This document shows, piece after piece, positions 1 to 11,319 of a stretch of 18,208 nucleotides of DNA. Every line of letters begins with the position of its first letter. Within the stretch, counting starts at the first letter, position 1. The notes below the pieces were generated by a model. It had not been told where the DNA came from, ran no database searches, and saw nothing but the letters and a program-made list of their open reading frames with translations. Source of the DNA: a virus. Lineage: Duplodnaviria; Heunggongvirae; Uroviricota; Caudoviricetes. The translations under genes were made by a program, and so were the position numbers. Location of the stretch: the IMG/VR virus record IMGVR_UViG_2879754190_000001. The stretch is one strand, 5' to 3'.

Positions 1-45
1 GTGATAGTCTTAATACTAGTTTTTAGACTTGTCATTGGAGAACAG

Positions 46-477
46 ATTATTGATGTCTTAGGGCCGGAGAAACGCAGACGGCGTACCACACAGGAAAAGA
101 TCGCAATTGTTCAGCAGAGCTTTGAACCGGGGATGACGGTCTCCCTCGTTGCCCGGCAACATGGTGTAGCAGCCAGCCAGTTATTTCTCTGGCGTAAGCA
201 ATACCAGGAAGGAAGTCTTACTGCTGTGGCCGCCGGAGAACAGGTTGTTCCTGCCTCTGAACTTGCTGCCGCCATGAAGCAGATTAAAGAACTCCAGCGC
301 CTGCTCGGCAAGAAAACGATGAAAAATGAACTCCTCAAAGAAGCCGTTGAATATGGACGGGCAAAAAAGTGGATAGCGCACGCGCCCTTATTGCCAGGGA
401 TGGGGAGTAAGCTTAGTCAGCCGTTGTCTCCGGATGTCGCGTGCGCAGTTGCACGTCATTCTCAGACGAACCGATGA
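46..477 (+). pseudogene. insC: IS2 orfA (InsC-like), defective: expected ATG start is ATT at 46-48, and a 1-nt loss in the G-run at 397-400 removes the normal stop so the frame reads on to 477
   Basis: Translation [91 protein letters not shown]...; A6G slippery heptamer at 363-369; orfB lies in the +1 rather than the -1 frame relative to orfA. Confidence 0.8.
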
Positions 478-1270
478 CTGGATGGATGGCCGCCGCAGTC
501 GTCACACTGATGATACGGATGTGCTTCTCCGTATACACCATGTTATCGGAGAGCTGCCCACGTATGGTTATCGTCGGGTATGGGCGCTGCTTCGCAGACA
601 GGCAGAACTTGATGGTATGCCTGCGATCAATGCCAAACGTGTTTACCGGCTCATGCGCCAGAATGCGCTGTTGCTTGAGCGAAAACCTGCTGTACCGCCA
701 TCGAAACGGGCACATACAGGCAGAGTGGCCGTGAAAGAAAGCAATCAGCATGGTGCTCTGACGGGTTCGAGTTCTGCTGTGATAACGGAGAGACTGCGTG
801 TCACGTTCGCGCTGGACTGCTGTGATCGTGAGGCACTGCACTGGGCGGTGACTACCGGCGGCTTCAACAGTGAAACAGTACAGGACGTCATGCTGGGAGC
901 GGTGGAACGCCGCTTCGGCAACGATCTTCCGTCGTCTCCAGTGGAGTGGCTGACGGATAATGGTTCATGCTACCGGGCTAATGAAACACGCCAGTTCGCC
1001 CGGATGTTGGGACTTGAACCGAAGAACACGGCGGTGCGGAGTCCGGAGAGTAACGGAATAGCAGAGAGCTTCGTGAAAACGATAAAGCGTGACTACATCA
1101 GTATCATGCCCAAACCAGACGGGTTAACGGCAGCAAAGAACCTTGCAGAGGCGTTCGAGCATTATAACGAATGGCATCCGCATAGTGCGCTGGGTTATCG
1201 CTCGCCACGGGAATATCTGCGGCAGCGGGCTTGTAATGGGTTAAGTGATAACAGATGTCTGGAAATATAG
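434..1270 (+). pseudogene. insD: IS2 orfB (InsD-like transposase catalytic part) with an internal out-of-frame patch at about 748-793
   Basis: 278-aa ORF matching InsD except residues [14 protein letters not shown]; the expected [14 protein letters not shown] (first Asp of the DDE motif) is readable in a different frame of the same nucleotides, implying a 1-nt and a 2-nt deletion flanking the patch. Confidence 0.8.
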
Positions 1271-1326
1271 GGGCAAATCCAGTATAAGCCATTATCAAAC
1301 CCACCCGTAGATAGGCTTTGTAATGG

Positions 1327-1637
1327 CTACTTCTTCAGAAATGATTCGATGAATTCACGTCGAGGATGACGATAGTTCAGAATATCTTCTGGCATCCTCA
1401 TAAAGCGGTTGTTGCCGTCTTTGGCAGTAACAAAACAGCTGTGAACTCCGCAGACATCCGTTTTGATCGTGTCGCTATACTCAAAAAGCAACTGAGCCAT
1501 CTTCTCTTGCCATTCTGGAGGCATAGCCTCCATGAATACTCGCGGCATCACGCAGAACGACGCATGCGTAAGACCAAACCACAGTTGCAGGTCTTTACGA
1601 TATTCTTCATCCATCGTCTTTACCTTTGTTGCAATGA
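1327..1637 (-). pseudogene. C-terminal fragment (about 103 codons) of an unidentified gene, N-terminally truncated by the IS911 insertion
   Basis: Minus-strand ORF 1327-1710 whose first 24 codons are IS911 terminal sequence; the remainder (IIATKVKTMDEEYRKDLQLWFGLTHASF...MPEDILNYRHPRREFIESFLKK) has coding-like composition. I do not recognise the family. Confidence 0.3.
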
Positions 1638-1709
1638 TGAAGTGGCACACTGAATTTGGCCACCTGAACAGAGGTGATATGCTCACCTCAGAACAACACA
1701 GGTGCTCCA

Positions 1710-1904
1710 ATGAAAAAAAGAAATTTTAGCGCAGAGTTTAAACGCGAATCCGCTCAACTGGTTGTTGACCAGAAATACACGGTGGCAGATGCCGCCAAAG
1801 CTATGGATGTTGGCCTTTCCACAATGACAAGATGGGGCAAACAACTGCGTGATGAGCGTCAGGGCAAAACACCAAAAGCCTCCCCATTACCCGGAACAAA
1901 TTGA
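1710..1904 (+). pseudogene. IS911 orfA (OrfA/InsN-like), frameshifted by 1-nt deletions; slippery heptamer reduced from A6G to A5G at 1959-1964
   Basis: [59 protein letters not shown] then premature stop; the remaining OrfA sequence [21 protein letters not shown] is readable in the +1 frame from 1900. Confidence 0.8.
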
Positions 1905-2004
1905 AATCCGTGAGCTCAGGAAAAAGCTACAACGCATTGAAATGGAGAATGAAATATTAAAAAGGCTACCGCGCTCTTGATGTCAGACTCCTGAACAGTT
2001 CTCG

Positions 2005-2394
2005 ATAATCGGGAAACTCAGAGCGCATTATCCTGTGGTCACACTCTGCCATGTGTTCGGGGTTCATCGCAGCAGCTACAGATACTGGAAAAACCGTCCT
2101 GAAAACCAGACGGCAGACGGGCTGTATTACGCAGTCAGGTACTTGAGCTACATGGCATCAGCCACGGTTCGGCCGGAGCAAGAAGCATCGCCACAATGGC
2201 AACCCGGAGAGGCTACCAGATGGGACGCTGGCTTGCTGGCAGGCTCATGAAAGAGCTGGGGCTGGTCAGCTGTCAGCAGCCGACTCACCGGTATAAACGT
2301 GGTGGTCATGAACATGTTGCTATCCCTAACTACCTTGAAAGGCAGTTCGCCGTGACCGAACCAAATCAGGTGTGGTGCGGTGATGTGACCTATA
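2005..2394 (+). pseudogene. IS911 orfB, 5' portion (exon 1 relative to the intron), containing one further frameshift near 2115-2119
   Basis: [33 protein letters not shown] (frame 1) then ...[66 protein letters not shown] (frame 0), ending exactly at the intron 5' junction. Confidence 0.75.
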
Positions 2395-3062
2395 GTGTGC
2401 CCGGAGTTCAGGGCGGGCATGGATGCTTAAATGAACCGCGAGTCTGTCTGGAATATTGAACCGGTAACTCACGATGAGAAACCCAACAATCCCACCGGGT
2501 GTGACGGTGGAGAACCTGAGCGGCAGTGACCTGCGGCATGCCCGCAGGGTGATGTAACCCGCTGACAACGGGGATTGAGGCGAGATCACTAAGCCGAGAT
2601 GATCCTCAAGGTTAAGTACTGAAAGGCTGAAGAACATGAACCCGTTAATCCGCCTCTGTGGGTTGAAAACGTCACCACGGCCTACGTGATCTGACAGGCC
2701 GTGCAGGAGGAACTGGCAGTGATACGTAAGCACTGCCGGTCGAAGGTGTTTTGACATGTATGCGAAACACCGGGGCAGCAGCGTCTATCACACTTGCGTT
2801 GCTGACTTCTGCCAACTTGCGGCAAGCAAGGATAAAGAGTGCGACGGGCAGCCTCCTCAGTATGCCTGAGTCCGGCAGGTAAACCGGGAAGGTCAGCGAC
2901 GGATGTTAAGGGGCATGGCTCCGATGACGCGCTGGCTGGCGGAGCTTCCGTAGTAGTCCGCGATGGGGAAAGCCCATTACATGGCGAAGGGAAGCAGTTT
3001 GAATGTGTTTGCGACGTGAATTAACTGACCTAACGAGGTGAAGACCTTTGATAATCAGCGAA

Positions 3063-4570
3063 ATGCAACGCAAGCTTGCCACATGGGCAGCCACCGATCC
3101 GTCCCTACGGATTCAACGGCTGCTGCGTCTGATAACACAACCAGAATGGCTGGCTGAAGCGGCGCGGATCACGCTTTCATCAAAGGGGGCCCATACCCCC
3201 GGCGTTGATGGCGTGAACAAAACAATGCTACAGGCCAGACTGGCTGTTGAGCTGCAAATCCTCAGGGATGAATTACTCTCAGGCCACTACCAGCCCTTGC
3301 CCGCCAGACGGGTTTACATCCCTAAAAGCAACGGCAAACTGCGACCACTGGGTATCCCCGCGTTGCGGGATCGTATTGTTCAGCGGGCCATGCTGATGGC
3401 GATGGAGCCGATATGGGAGAGTGATTTTCATACGCTCTCATATGGCTTCCGGCCTGAGCGCAGTGTCCACCACGCGATCCGCACGGTGAAATTACAGCTC
3501 ACAGACTGTGGTGAAACCCGGGGACGCTGGGTGATTGAAGGCGACCTGTCCAGTTACTTCGACACCGTACATCATCGACTGCTGATGAAGGCTGTACGCC
3601 GCAGGATCAGTGACGCACGTTTCATGACTCTGCTGTGGAAAACCATCAAGGCGGGACATATCGATGTCGGTCTCTTTCGGGCGGCCAGTGAAGGTGTGCC
3701 ACAGGGCGGTGTTATATCGCCGCTATTATCGAACATCATGCTGAATGAGTTCGATCAATACCTGCATGAGCGCTACCTGAGCGGGAAAGCCAGAAAAGAT
3801 CGGTGGTACTGGAATAACAGTATCCAACGGGGCCGAAGTACGGCGGTCAGAGAAACTGGCAGTGGAAACCCGCGGTGGCGTACTGCCGCTATGCCGATGA
3901 TTTTGTCCTCATCGTCAAAGGCACCAAAGCACAGGCGGAAGCCATCAGGGAGGAGTGTCGGGGTGTGCTCGAAGGCAGTCTGAAACTCAGGCTGAACATG
4001 GATAAGACTAAAATCACCCATGTTAATGACGGCTTTATCTTTCTGGGGCACAGGATCATTCGCAAACGCAGTCGTTATGGCGAGATGCGAGTGGTCTCAA
4101 CGATCCCGCAGGAGAAAGCCAGAAACTTCGCCGCATCGCTGACAGCACTGTTATCAGGCAACTACAGTGAAAGCAAAGTCGATATGGCTGAACAACTCAA
4201 CCGAAAACTGAAAGGCTGGGCCATGTTCTATCAGTTCGTTGATTTTAAGGCCAAAGTCTTCAGTTATATCGACCGTGTCGTGTTCTGGAAGCTGGCTCAC
4301 TGGCTGGCCCGCAAATACCGTACAGGTATCGCTTCCCTGATGAGGTGGTGGTGTAAATCACCGAAACCGGGTCAGAGCAAAACGTGGGTTTTATTTGGTA
4401 AAACCAATCACGGCAAGCTCAGCGGCGAAATACTGTACCGGTTGGTGGGGCAAGGCAAGAAGCTGTTCCGCTGGCGGCTACCCGAAGGTAATCCCTATCT
4501 GAGGACGGAGACCAGAACACGTATACATCGCGCTTTACAGAAGTGGCAATGGCGTTCGCCAGGCATTTAA
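3063..4570 (+). pseudogene. Group II intron-encoded reverse transcriptase/maturase, split by a frameshift near 3850-3860; no HNH endonuclease motif seen
   Basis: RT motifs GVDGV, RRVYIPKSNGKLRPLGIPALRDRIVQ, SYGFRPERS, GDLSSYFDTV and GVPQGGVISPLLSNIMLNEFD in one frame; YADDFVL, LNMDKTKITHV, GFIFLGHRI and the maturase-like C-terminus in the -1 frame. Confidence 0.8.
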
Positions 4571-4575
4571 ATGGA

Positions 4576-4609
4576 GAGCCGGATGCGCTGAAAGGTGCAC
4601 GTCCGGTTC
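4576..4609 (+). other. Group II intron catalytic domain V hairpin (part of the ribozyme RNA)
   Basis: GAGCCGGATGCGCT-GAAA-GGTGCACGTCCGGTTC: 34 nt, AGC catalytic triad near the base, GAAA tetraloop, close to the domain V consensus; sits about 50 nt from the intron 3' end. Confidence 0.75.
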
Positions 4610-4631
4610 GGGGAGGAGAGCAGGGAAATAG

Positions 4632-5138
<507 letters not shown>

Positions 5139-5146
5139 CCACTTCA

Positions 5147-6115
5147 CCTTTCTTTCCGAACCTTGTTGATCACCTTCTGGTTAAGCATCACACGGCTGAT
5201 GGCGTTGAAGATGGCATTTCAATCTGCTACTTCAAGCCATACTCGCAAGGCCGTGCTCGCTGGCAGGGTGACACAATCCACGGCGTGTGGTTTGACGAAG
5301 AGCCACCATACAGCATTTATGGCGAAGGTCTTACCCGTACCAACAAATACGGGCAATTCTCAATTCTGACGTTTACCCCGCTGATGGGGATGTCTGACGT
5401 TGTTACCAAGTTCCTGAAGAACCCCAGCAAGTCGCAGAAAGTGGTCAACATGACCATCTATGACGCTGAGCACTATACCGACGAGCAGAAAGAGCAAATC
5501 ATCGCATCATATCCCGAGCATGAGAGAGAGGCGCGTGCTCGCGGTATTCCTACGATGGGTAGTGGTCGAATCTTCCAGATACCGGAAGAGACGATTAAGT
5601 GTCAGCCGTTCGAGTGTCCTGATCACTTCTACGTAATTGGCGGGATGGATTTCGGATGGGATCACCCACAGGCGCAAGTTCAGCTTTGGTGGGATAAGGA
5701 GGCAGACACAATCTACGTTTCACGCGTGTGGAAGGCGAAAGAAAAAACAGCCGTTCAGGCGTGGGGAGCCGTTAAATCATGGGCGCATAAAGTGCCAACC
5801 GCATGGCCTCATGATGGAAACCAGCACGAGAAGGGCGGCGGTGAGCAGCTCAAAGGGCAGTATGCAGACGCTGGATTTATGATGTTGCAGGAGCATGCGA
5901 CATGGCCTGATGGCGGTAACGCTGTTGAGCCAGGCATCACTGAATTGCGCGACATGATGCTCGATGGTCGCTTCAAAGTATTCAATACCTGTGAGCCATT
6001 CTTTGAGGAGTTCCGCCTCTATCACCGTGATGAAAACGGGAAAATCGTCAAGCTTAACGACGACGTGCTATCCGCCGTTCGCTATGCATACATGATGCGC
6101 CGCTTCGCAAAATGA
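5147..6115 (+). pseudogene. P22-like terminase large subunit (gene 2 equivalent), C-terminal about 322 codons only; the N-terminal ATPase region is missing, replaced by IS911
   Basis: Open frame begins exactly at the IS911 right end; the terminase assignment rests mainly on its position immediately upstream of the portal gene (gene order 2-1-8-5), with VIGGMDFGWDHP consistent with a nuclease-type acidic motif. P22 gp2 is about 499 aa. Confidence 0.75.
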
Positions 6116-6186
6116 TGCGCGACATCAAAAAACCAAAAGAGAAAAAGATACCAGCCCCAATCAGGCCCATCGCACGGAGAACTTAA

Positions 6187-8352
6187 ATGGCCGACGAAAA
6201 CAGACTCAATTCCATTCTGTGTAAGTTTGACGCAGACTGGATGGCGAGCGATGAAGCCAGAACCGAGGCGACAAATGACCTGTATTTTAGCCGAGTGTCG
6301 CAATGGGATGACTGGCTATCAAACTACACTACCCTGCAATATCGCGGACAATTCGATGTTGTTCGCCCGGAGGTCAGGAAACTGGTCGCAGAGATGCGCC
6401 GGAACCCTGTCGACGTTCTCTTCCGACCCAAAGACGGCGCTAATCCTGATGCAGCCGATGTATTGATGGGGATGTATCGTACTGATATGCGCCATAACAC
6501 GGCAAAGATTGCCGTTAACGTTGGCGTTCGTGAGCAGATAGAGTCAGGCGTTGGTGCATGGCGTCTGGTCACGCAGTACGAAGACAACGATCCAACAAGC
6601 AACAATCAGGTAATCCGACGCCTGCCAATCCATGAAGCCTGCTCACACGTCATATGGGACGCCAACAGCAAGCAGATGGATAAGAGCGACGCTAAGCACT
6701 GCACGGTGATTAACGCCTTGTCGCGCAATGGCTGGAAAGAGTTCGCAGAGGATTACGGTATTGACCCGGATACCCTGCCATCTTTCCAGAATCCTAACGA
6801 TACATGGCTATTCCCGTGGGTGTCGAATGATGTCGTCTACGTCGCTGAGTATTACGAGGTAGAAGAGGAGAAGGAGAAGGTCTTCATCTACCGCGACCCG
6901 CTGACAGGTGAGCCGGTCAGCTATTACCAGCAGGATATCAAAGACGTCATCGACGACCTGGCTAATCGTGGATTCATTAAGGTAGCAGAGCGCAAGGTGA
7001 AGCGTCGGCGTGTGTATAAGTCGATCATCACCTGTACGCAGATACTGAAAGACCGCGAGAAGATAGCCGGAGAGCATATTCCAATCGTTCCAGTGTATGG
7101 CGAATGGTCATTCGCTGGTGACAAGGAGTGCTACGAGGGTGTGGTAAGGCTGACGAAAGACGGTCAACGCCTTCGTAACATGATTATGTCGTTCAACGCC
7201 GATATTGTTGCTCGGTCACCGAAGAAGAAACCGACCTTCTTCCCTGAGCAAATCGAAGGCTACGAATACATGTACGGCGGAAATGATGACTATCCGTACT
7301 ATCTGCAGAACAGGACTGATGAAAACGGTAACGACCTGCCGATTGGTCCAATCTCCTACATGGAAAACCCTGAAGTGCCGCAAGCCAACGCTTACATGCT
7401 TGAGGCTGCCACCAACGCAGTGAAAGAAGTGGCTAGTCTTGGCGTGGATGCGCAGGCGGCAAATGGTCAGGTCGCTTTTGATACCGTCAATCAACTGAAC
7501 ATGCGGGCAGACCTTGAGACATACGTGTTTCAGGATAACCTGGCTACCGCAATGCGACGTGATGGCGAGATTTATGCCTCAATGGTCAACGATATTTATG
7601 ACGTTCCTCGTCATGTAACGCTGACACTTGAAGATGGAAGCGAGAAAGACGTTCAACTCTATGCGCAAGTTGTCGATTACCAGTCCGGCAATGTGGTCAC
7701 ACTCAACGACATTCGCGGTCGATATGAGTGCTATACAGACGTTGGGCCATCCTTCCAGAGTATGAAGGAACAGAACCGCGCAGAGATTCAGGAGTTGCTC
7801 ACCAAGGTTCCGCAAGGTACTCCAGAGTTCCAGATGCTGATGCTGCAATACTTCACGCTGCTTGACGGTAAAGGCGTCGAGATGATGCGAGAGTACGCGA
7901 ACAAGCAACTGGTGATGATGGGGCTGAAGAAACCAGAAACACCTGAAGAGATGGAGATGGTGCAGCAGGCACAACAACAGCCGCAGCAGCCATCAGCAGA
8001 GCAAATTCAGGCGCAGGGTATCCTTCTGCAAGGTCAGGCTGAATTGCTCAAGGCAGAGAACCAACAGGCGCAGATTCAGGTTGAAGCTGCCAAGGTTGAA
8101 GCCCAAAACCAACTCAACGCCGCGAAGATTGCAGAAATATTCAACAATATGGACCTCGACAAGCAGGCAGAACTGCGTGAGTACCTCAGGCTCGTAGGTC
8201 AATTCCAGCAACAGCGCAGCAAAGATGCTCGTGCTAACGCTGAGCTGCTTCTTAAAGATGCAGACCAGACTCATTCACAACGCATGGATTTCGCGAATCT
8301 TATGCGTCAAGTTCAAATCCCCTCCGGCGGAGTAGCCGAGACACCTCAATAA
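6187..8352 (+). CDS. Portal protein, P22 gp1 family (721 aa)
   Basis: Near-colinear similarity to the P22 portal as I recall it (MADENRL...[12 protein letters not shown]...[12 protein letters not shown]...[23 protein letters not shown]...[15 protein letters not shown]...NAELLLK...VAETPQ); GGAG RBS 8 nt upstream. Confidence 0.95.
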   Translation: MADENRLNSILCKFDADWMASDEARTEATNDLYFSRVSQWDDWLSNYTTLQYRGQFDVVRPEVRKLVAEMRRNPVDVLFRPKDGANPDAADVLMGMYRTDMRHNTAKIAVNVGVREQIESGVGAWRLVTQYEDNDPTSNNQVIRRLPIHEACSHVIWDANSKQMDKSDAKHCTVINALSRNGWKEFAEDYGIDPDTLPSFQNPNDTWLFPWVSNDVVYVAEYYEVEEEKEKVFIYRDPLTGEPVSYYQQDIKDVIDDLANRGFIKVAERKVKRRRVYKSIITCTQILKDREKIAGEHIPIVPVYGEWSFAGDKECYEGVVRLTKDGQRLRNMIMSFNADIVARSPKKKPTFFPEQIEGYEYMYGGNDDYPYYLQNRTDENGNDLPIGPISYMENPEVPQANAYMLEAATNAVKEVASLGVDAQAANGQVAFDTVNQLNMRADLETYVFQDNLATAMRRDGEIYASMVNDIYDVPRHVTLTLEDGSEKDVQLYAQVVDYQSGNVVTLNDIRGRYECYTDVGPSFQSMKEQNRAEIQELLTKVPQGTPEFQMLMLQYFTLLDGKGVEMMREYANKQLVMMGLKKPETPEEMEMVQQAQQQPQQPSAEQIQAQGILLQGQAELLKAENQQAQIQVEAAKVEAQNQLNAAKIAEIFNNMDLDKQAELREYLRLVGQFQQQRSKDARANAELLLKDADQTHSQRMDFANLMRQVQIPSGGVAETPQ

Positions 8353-8365
8353 GAGAGAGTTAATC

Positions 8366-9277
8366 ATGGACCAAACCACCGACATTCAGGCTTCTGAAGA
8401 ATTAACCCTGCCCGGCAATCATGCAGCGGCATCTGCTGATGGCTTAGTTGTCGATAATGCCAACGACAGCGCAGGTCAGGAAGAAGGCTTTGAGATTGTC
8501 CGGAAAGACGATGAGAAACCAAAACAAGACCCGGCAACTAATGCTGAATTTGCCCGTCGCCGCATCGAACGCAAACGCCAGCGTGAGCTTGAGCAGCAGA
8601 TGGAAGCGGTTAAGCGTGGAGAGTTGCCGGAGCACCTGCGGGTGAACCCTGAGTTACCAAAACAACCAGACCCTAACGATTATCTTTCCGAAGATGCACT
8701 GGCTAAGTACGACTATGACCAGAGCCGCGCACTGGCTGCCTTCCAGCAGGCAAACAGTGAATGGCAGATCAAGGCTATGGACGCACGAAGCCAGGCTGTC
8801 GCCGAGCAGGGTCGCAAAACTCAGGAGTTCACCCAGCAATCAGCGCAATACGTCGAGGCGGCCCGTAAGCACTACGAGGCAGCGGAAAAGCTCAATATCC
8901 CTGACTATCAGGAGAAAGAGGATGCATTCATGCAACTGGTGCCGCCAGCAGTCGGTGCCGACATCATGCGCCTCTTCCCGGAGAAATCCGCCGCTCTCAT
9001 GTATCACCTTGGTGCTAATCCTGAGAAAACACGCCAGTTGCTGGCGATGGACGGGCAATCCGCGCTGATTGAACTCACTCGACTGTCAGAACGTTTAACT
9101 CTCAAGCCTCGAGCCAAGCCTGTTTCAGAAGCCCCGTTACCTGATGAACCCATTCAGGGACATGCTGTTGCTGCAAATATCTCTGCGATTGAAAAGCAGA
9201 TGGAGGCGGCAGCAAACAAAGGGGATGTAGAGACGTACCGCAAGCTCAAGGCGCAACTGAATAAAGGAATTCGATAA
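8366..9277 (+). CDS. Scaffolding protein, P22 gp8-like (303 aa)
   Basis: Position between portal and coat; same length as P22 gp8 (303 aa); charged, helix-rich composition; stop overlaps the coat start (TAATG). Confidence 0.8.
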   Translation: MDQTTDIQASEELTLPGNHAAASADGLVVDNANDSAGQEEGFEIVRKDDEKPKQDPATNAEFARRRIERKRQRELEQQMEAVKRGELPEHLRVNPELPKQPDPNDYLSEDALAKYDYDQSRALAAFQQANSEWQIKAMDARSQAVAEQGRKTQEFTQQSAQYVEAARKHYEAAEKLNIPDYQEKEDAFMQLVPPAVGADIMRLFPEKSAALMYHLGANPEKTRQLLAMDGQSALIELTRLSERLTLKPRAKPVSEAPLPDEPIQGHAVAANISAIEKQMEAAANKGDVETYRKLKAQLNKGIR

Positions 9278-10572
9278 TGGCATTAAATGAAGGTCAACTG
9301 GTCACGTATGCTCTGGATGAAATCATCGGAACCGTCCAGAACCTGACGCCAATGGCGTCAAAAGTGACAAAATACCCCCCTCCGGCAGAATCCATGCAGC
9401 GTTCAAGCAACACCGTGTGGATGCCTGTTGAGCAGGAAGCGCCAACCCAGACTGGCTGGGATTTAACTGGCAACGCAACCGGGATTCTGGAACTCTCCGT
9501 GAAGTGCAACATGGGCGATCCGGATAACGATTTCTTCGAGCTTCGTGCAGATGACCTGCGTGATGAGCGTTCTTACCGTCGCCGCATCCAGGCATCCGCC
9601 AAAAAACTGGCGAATAACATTGAGTCAGCGATTGCCAAACAGGCAACTGAAATGGGCTCGCTTGTTGTTCACGATACCCGCGCAATTGGTCCATCGACTG
9701 GCCTGCCTGGCTGGGATTTTGTGTCTGATGCAGAGCGACTGATGTTCTCCCGTGAGCTAAACCGCGACATGGGCATCAGTTACTTCCTGAACCCTGACGA
9801 TTACCGCAAAGCAGGCCGCAACCTGGTAGATGGTGACATCTTCGGGCGCGTTCCTGAAGAAGCATATCGAAACGGTACTATTCAGCGTCAGATTGCTGGC
9901 TTTGATGAAATTCTTCGCTCACCGAAACTTCCGGCAGTTACCAAGTCAACCGCGACTGGTGTAACTGTTTCTGGTGCGCAGAAGTTTAAGCCGCAGGCAT
10001 ACACCCTTGATACCGATGGTAACAAAGAGAACGTCGACAACCGTGTTGCAACGGTGACCGTATCCTCCACCACCGGATTTAAGCGCGGCGACAAAATCAG
10101 CTTCATTGGTGTGAAGTTCCTGTCTCAGATGGCGAAGAATGTGCTGACTGATGACGCGACTTTCTCAATCACCCGTGTGATCGATGGTACTCACATCGAA
10201 ATCACGCCGAAGCCGATTGCGCTGGATGACGCGTCACTGACAAAAGAAGAGAAGGCTTACGCTAACGTAAACACCTCTCTTGCTGATACCACTCCGGTAA
10301 ACGTTCTGAACGTGGCAACAACCACCGCTAACGTGTTCTGGGCTGATGACTCAATCCGCCTGCTGTCTCAGCCGATCCCGGTAACCCATGAACTGTTTGC
10401 TGGCATGAAAACGTCTTCCTTCAGCATTCCAGGTATTGGTGTTAACGGCATCTTCGCAACGCAGGGTGATATCAACACTCTGTCTGGTAAGTGCCGTATT
10501 GCTGTGTGGTATTCAGCATGTGCTGTACGACCAGAGGCAATTGGTGTTGGTCTGCCTAACCAGACCGCGTGA
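9277..10572 (+). CDS. Major capsid (coat) protein, P22 gp5-like (431 aa)
   Basis: Position and length (P22 gp5 is 430 aa); translationally coupled to the scaffold gene; followed by a strong intrinsic terminator. Confidence 0.85.
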   Translation: MALNEGQLVTYALDEIIGTVQNLTPMASKVTKYPPPAESMQRSSNTVWMPVEQEAPTQTGWDLTGNATGILELSVKCNMGDPDNDFFELRADDLRDERSYRRRIQASAKKLANNIESAIAKQATEMGSLVVHDTRAIGPSTGLPGWDFVSDAERLMFSRELNRDMGISYFLNPDDYRKAGRNLVDGDIFGRVPEEAYRNGTIQRQIAGFDEILRSPKLPAVTKSTATGVTVSGAQKFKPQAYTLDTDGNKENVDNRVATVTVSSTTGFKRGDKISFIGVKFLSQMAKNVLTDDATFSITRVIDGTHIEITPKPIALDDASLTKEEKAYANVNTSLADTTPVNVLNVATTTANVFWADDSIRLLSQPIPVTHELFAGMKTSSFSIPGIGVNGIFATQGDINTLSGKCRIAVWYSACAVRPEAIGVGLPNQTA

Positions 10573-10580
10573 TAACCAGA

Positions 10581-10604
10581 GGGAGCTTCGGCTCCCGTTT
10601 TTAT
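10581..10604 (+). terminator. Rho-independent terminator/attenuator after the coat gene
   Basis: GGGAGC-TTCG-GCTCCC perfect 6-bp GC-rich stem with a UUCG tetraloop, followed by GTTTTTAT; sits 9 nt after the coat stop codon. Confidence 0.6.
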
Positions 10605-10616
10605 CTGGAGACAAGC

Positions 10617-10841
10617 ATGACACACATGATCTTTCGTCATGGCGACATGAAGAAGTGGAAAGGCGTTGGCTACGACTTTGAAATCGTGAAAGCCGAAGAG
10701 CTTCAGGAATATCTGGATGCTGGCTGGTTTTCACATCCTGATGACCTTTTGAAGGATGTTGCAGAGCCAGAAGAAAAACAGCGTAAAAAGCCTGGTCGAA
10801 AACCTAAGGCGGCAGCAGATGAACCTGACAACGAAGGGTGA
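10617..10841 (+). CDS. Small hypothetical protein (74 aa) between coat and gp4
   Basis: ATG with GGAG 7 nt upstream, just after the terminator; [74 protein letters not shown]; overlaps the gp4 start by 23 nt in another frame. Confidence 0.35.
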   Translation: MTHMIFRHGDMKKWKGVGYDFEIVKAEELQEYLDAGWFSHPDDLLKDVAEPEEKQRKKPGRKPKAAADEPDNEG

Positions 10842-11319
10842 TTTAGTTCTTGCGGCATTACGTAAGCTCGGTGTTGCATCAAATGCCACGTTAACCGATG
10901 TCGAACCGCAGTCTATGGAAGACGGCGTCAACGACCTTGAAATGATGATGGCTGAATGGCTTGGCGGTGATGCGTCACCTGGTATCAACGTTGGCTACAT
11001 TTTTGCTGATGCAGATGTTGCTCCGGATCCGGGCGATGAGCACGGTTTATCAAATAACGCTATCAATGCCGTCATTTTCAACCTTGCCTGCCGAATTGCT
11101 CCAGATTATGCGCTGGAAGCGTCTGCAAAACTTATAACCACTGCCAGATACGGGAAAGAGCGACTCGTCAAACTGTCTGCAATGGACAGGGCAAAAGCAG
11201 CTAAATGTAAGTCCGGTTATCCAAACCGTATGCCTGTTGGTAGTGGTAACCAGTTGGCGAAGTGGAATGGTTGGAATTACTTCCACCGAAAGGAACCTTG
11301 CGATAACGGGAGCGAATAA
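10819..11319 (+). CDS. Head completion / tail accessory protein, P22 gp4-like (166 aa)
   Basis: [33 protein letters not shown]...[14 protein letters not shown]...; length matches P22 gp4 (166 aa) when started at ATG 10819 rather than the upstream ATG at 10756. Confidence 0.75.
   Translation: MNLTTKGDLVLAALRKLGVASNATLTDVEPQSMEDGVNDLEMMMAEWLGGDASPGINVGYIFADADVAPDPGDEHGLSNNAINAVIFNLACRIAPDYALEASAKLITTARYGKERLVKLSAMDRAKAAKCKSGYPNRMPVGSGNQLAKWNGWNYFHRKEPCDNGSE

Larger units (their letters stand above)
1..1281 (+). mobile_element. IS2 (IS3 family), partial: left terminus (about 45-50 bp) lies upstream of the window; right inverted repeat ends ...GGAAATATAGGGGCAAATCCA at 1281
   Basis: orfA and orfB translations match IS2 InsC/InsD as I recall them ([18 protein letters not shown]..., ...[31 protein letters not shown]...); right-end sequence matches the IS2 IRR from memory. 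Confidence 0.9.

Noticed and set aside
1-477. 158-aa ORF beginning at GTG position 1 as an extended IS2 orfA
   Set aside because: Its first 15 codons are translated IS2 terminal-repeat sequence and its tail comes from a lost stop codon; the real gene is the roughly 121-codon InsC frame beginning at 46, here lacking its ATG.
1366-1653. Plus-strand ORF upstream of IS911 as the missing N-terminal half of the terminase
   Set aside because: Translation shows no Walker A/ATPase motifs and is not in register with the terminase frame; the coding-like signal in this segment is on the minus strand.
3780-3990. Programmed ribosomal frameshift joining the two halves of the intron RT/maturase
   Set aside because: Group II intron proteins are normally single ORFs; there is no slippery heptamer plus structure at the junction, and the window shows many other simple indels in mobile-element genes. 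A mutational frameshift is the simpler reading.
6114-6188. 24-codon mini-ORF (MMRDIKKPKEKKIPAPIRPIARRT) in the terminase-portal intergenic spacer
   Set aside because: Too short, no recognisable RBS, lysine-rich low-complexity; probably chance.
6808-8274. Antisense ORFs inside the portal gene (6808-7077, 6924-7124, 7216-7494, 7579-7977, 7993-8274, all minus strand)
   Set aside because: They lie entirely within a strongly supported + strand gene; no independent signals. Treated as spurious.
10756-11319. 187-aa version of the gp4-like ORF starting at ATG 10756
   Set aside because: The ATG at 10819 yields 166 aa, the P22 gp4 length as I recall it; the upstream extension overlaps the small ORF and has no RBS.
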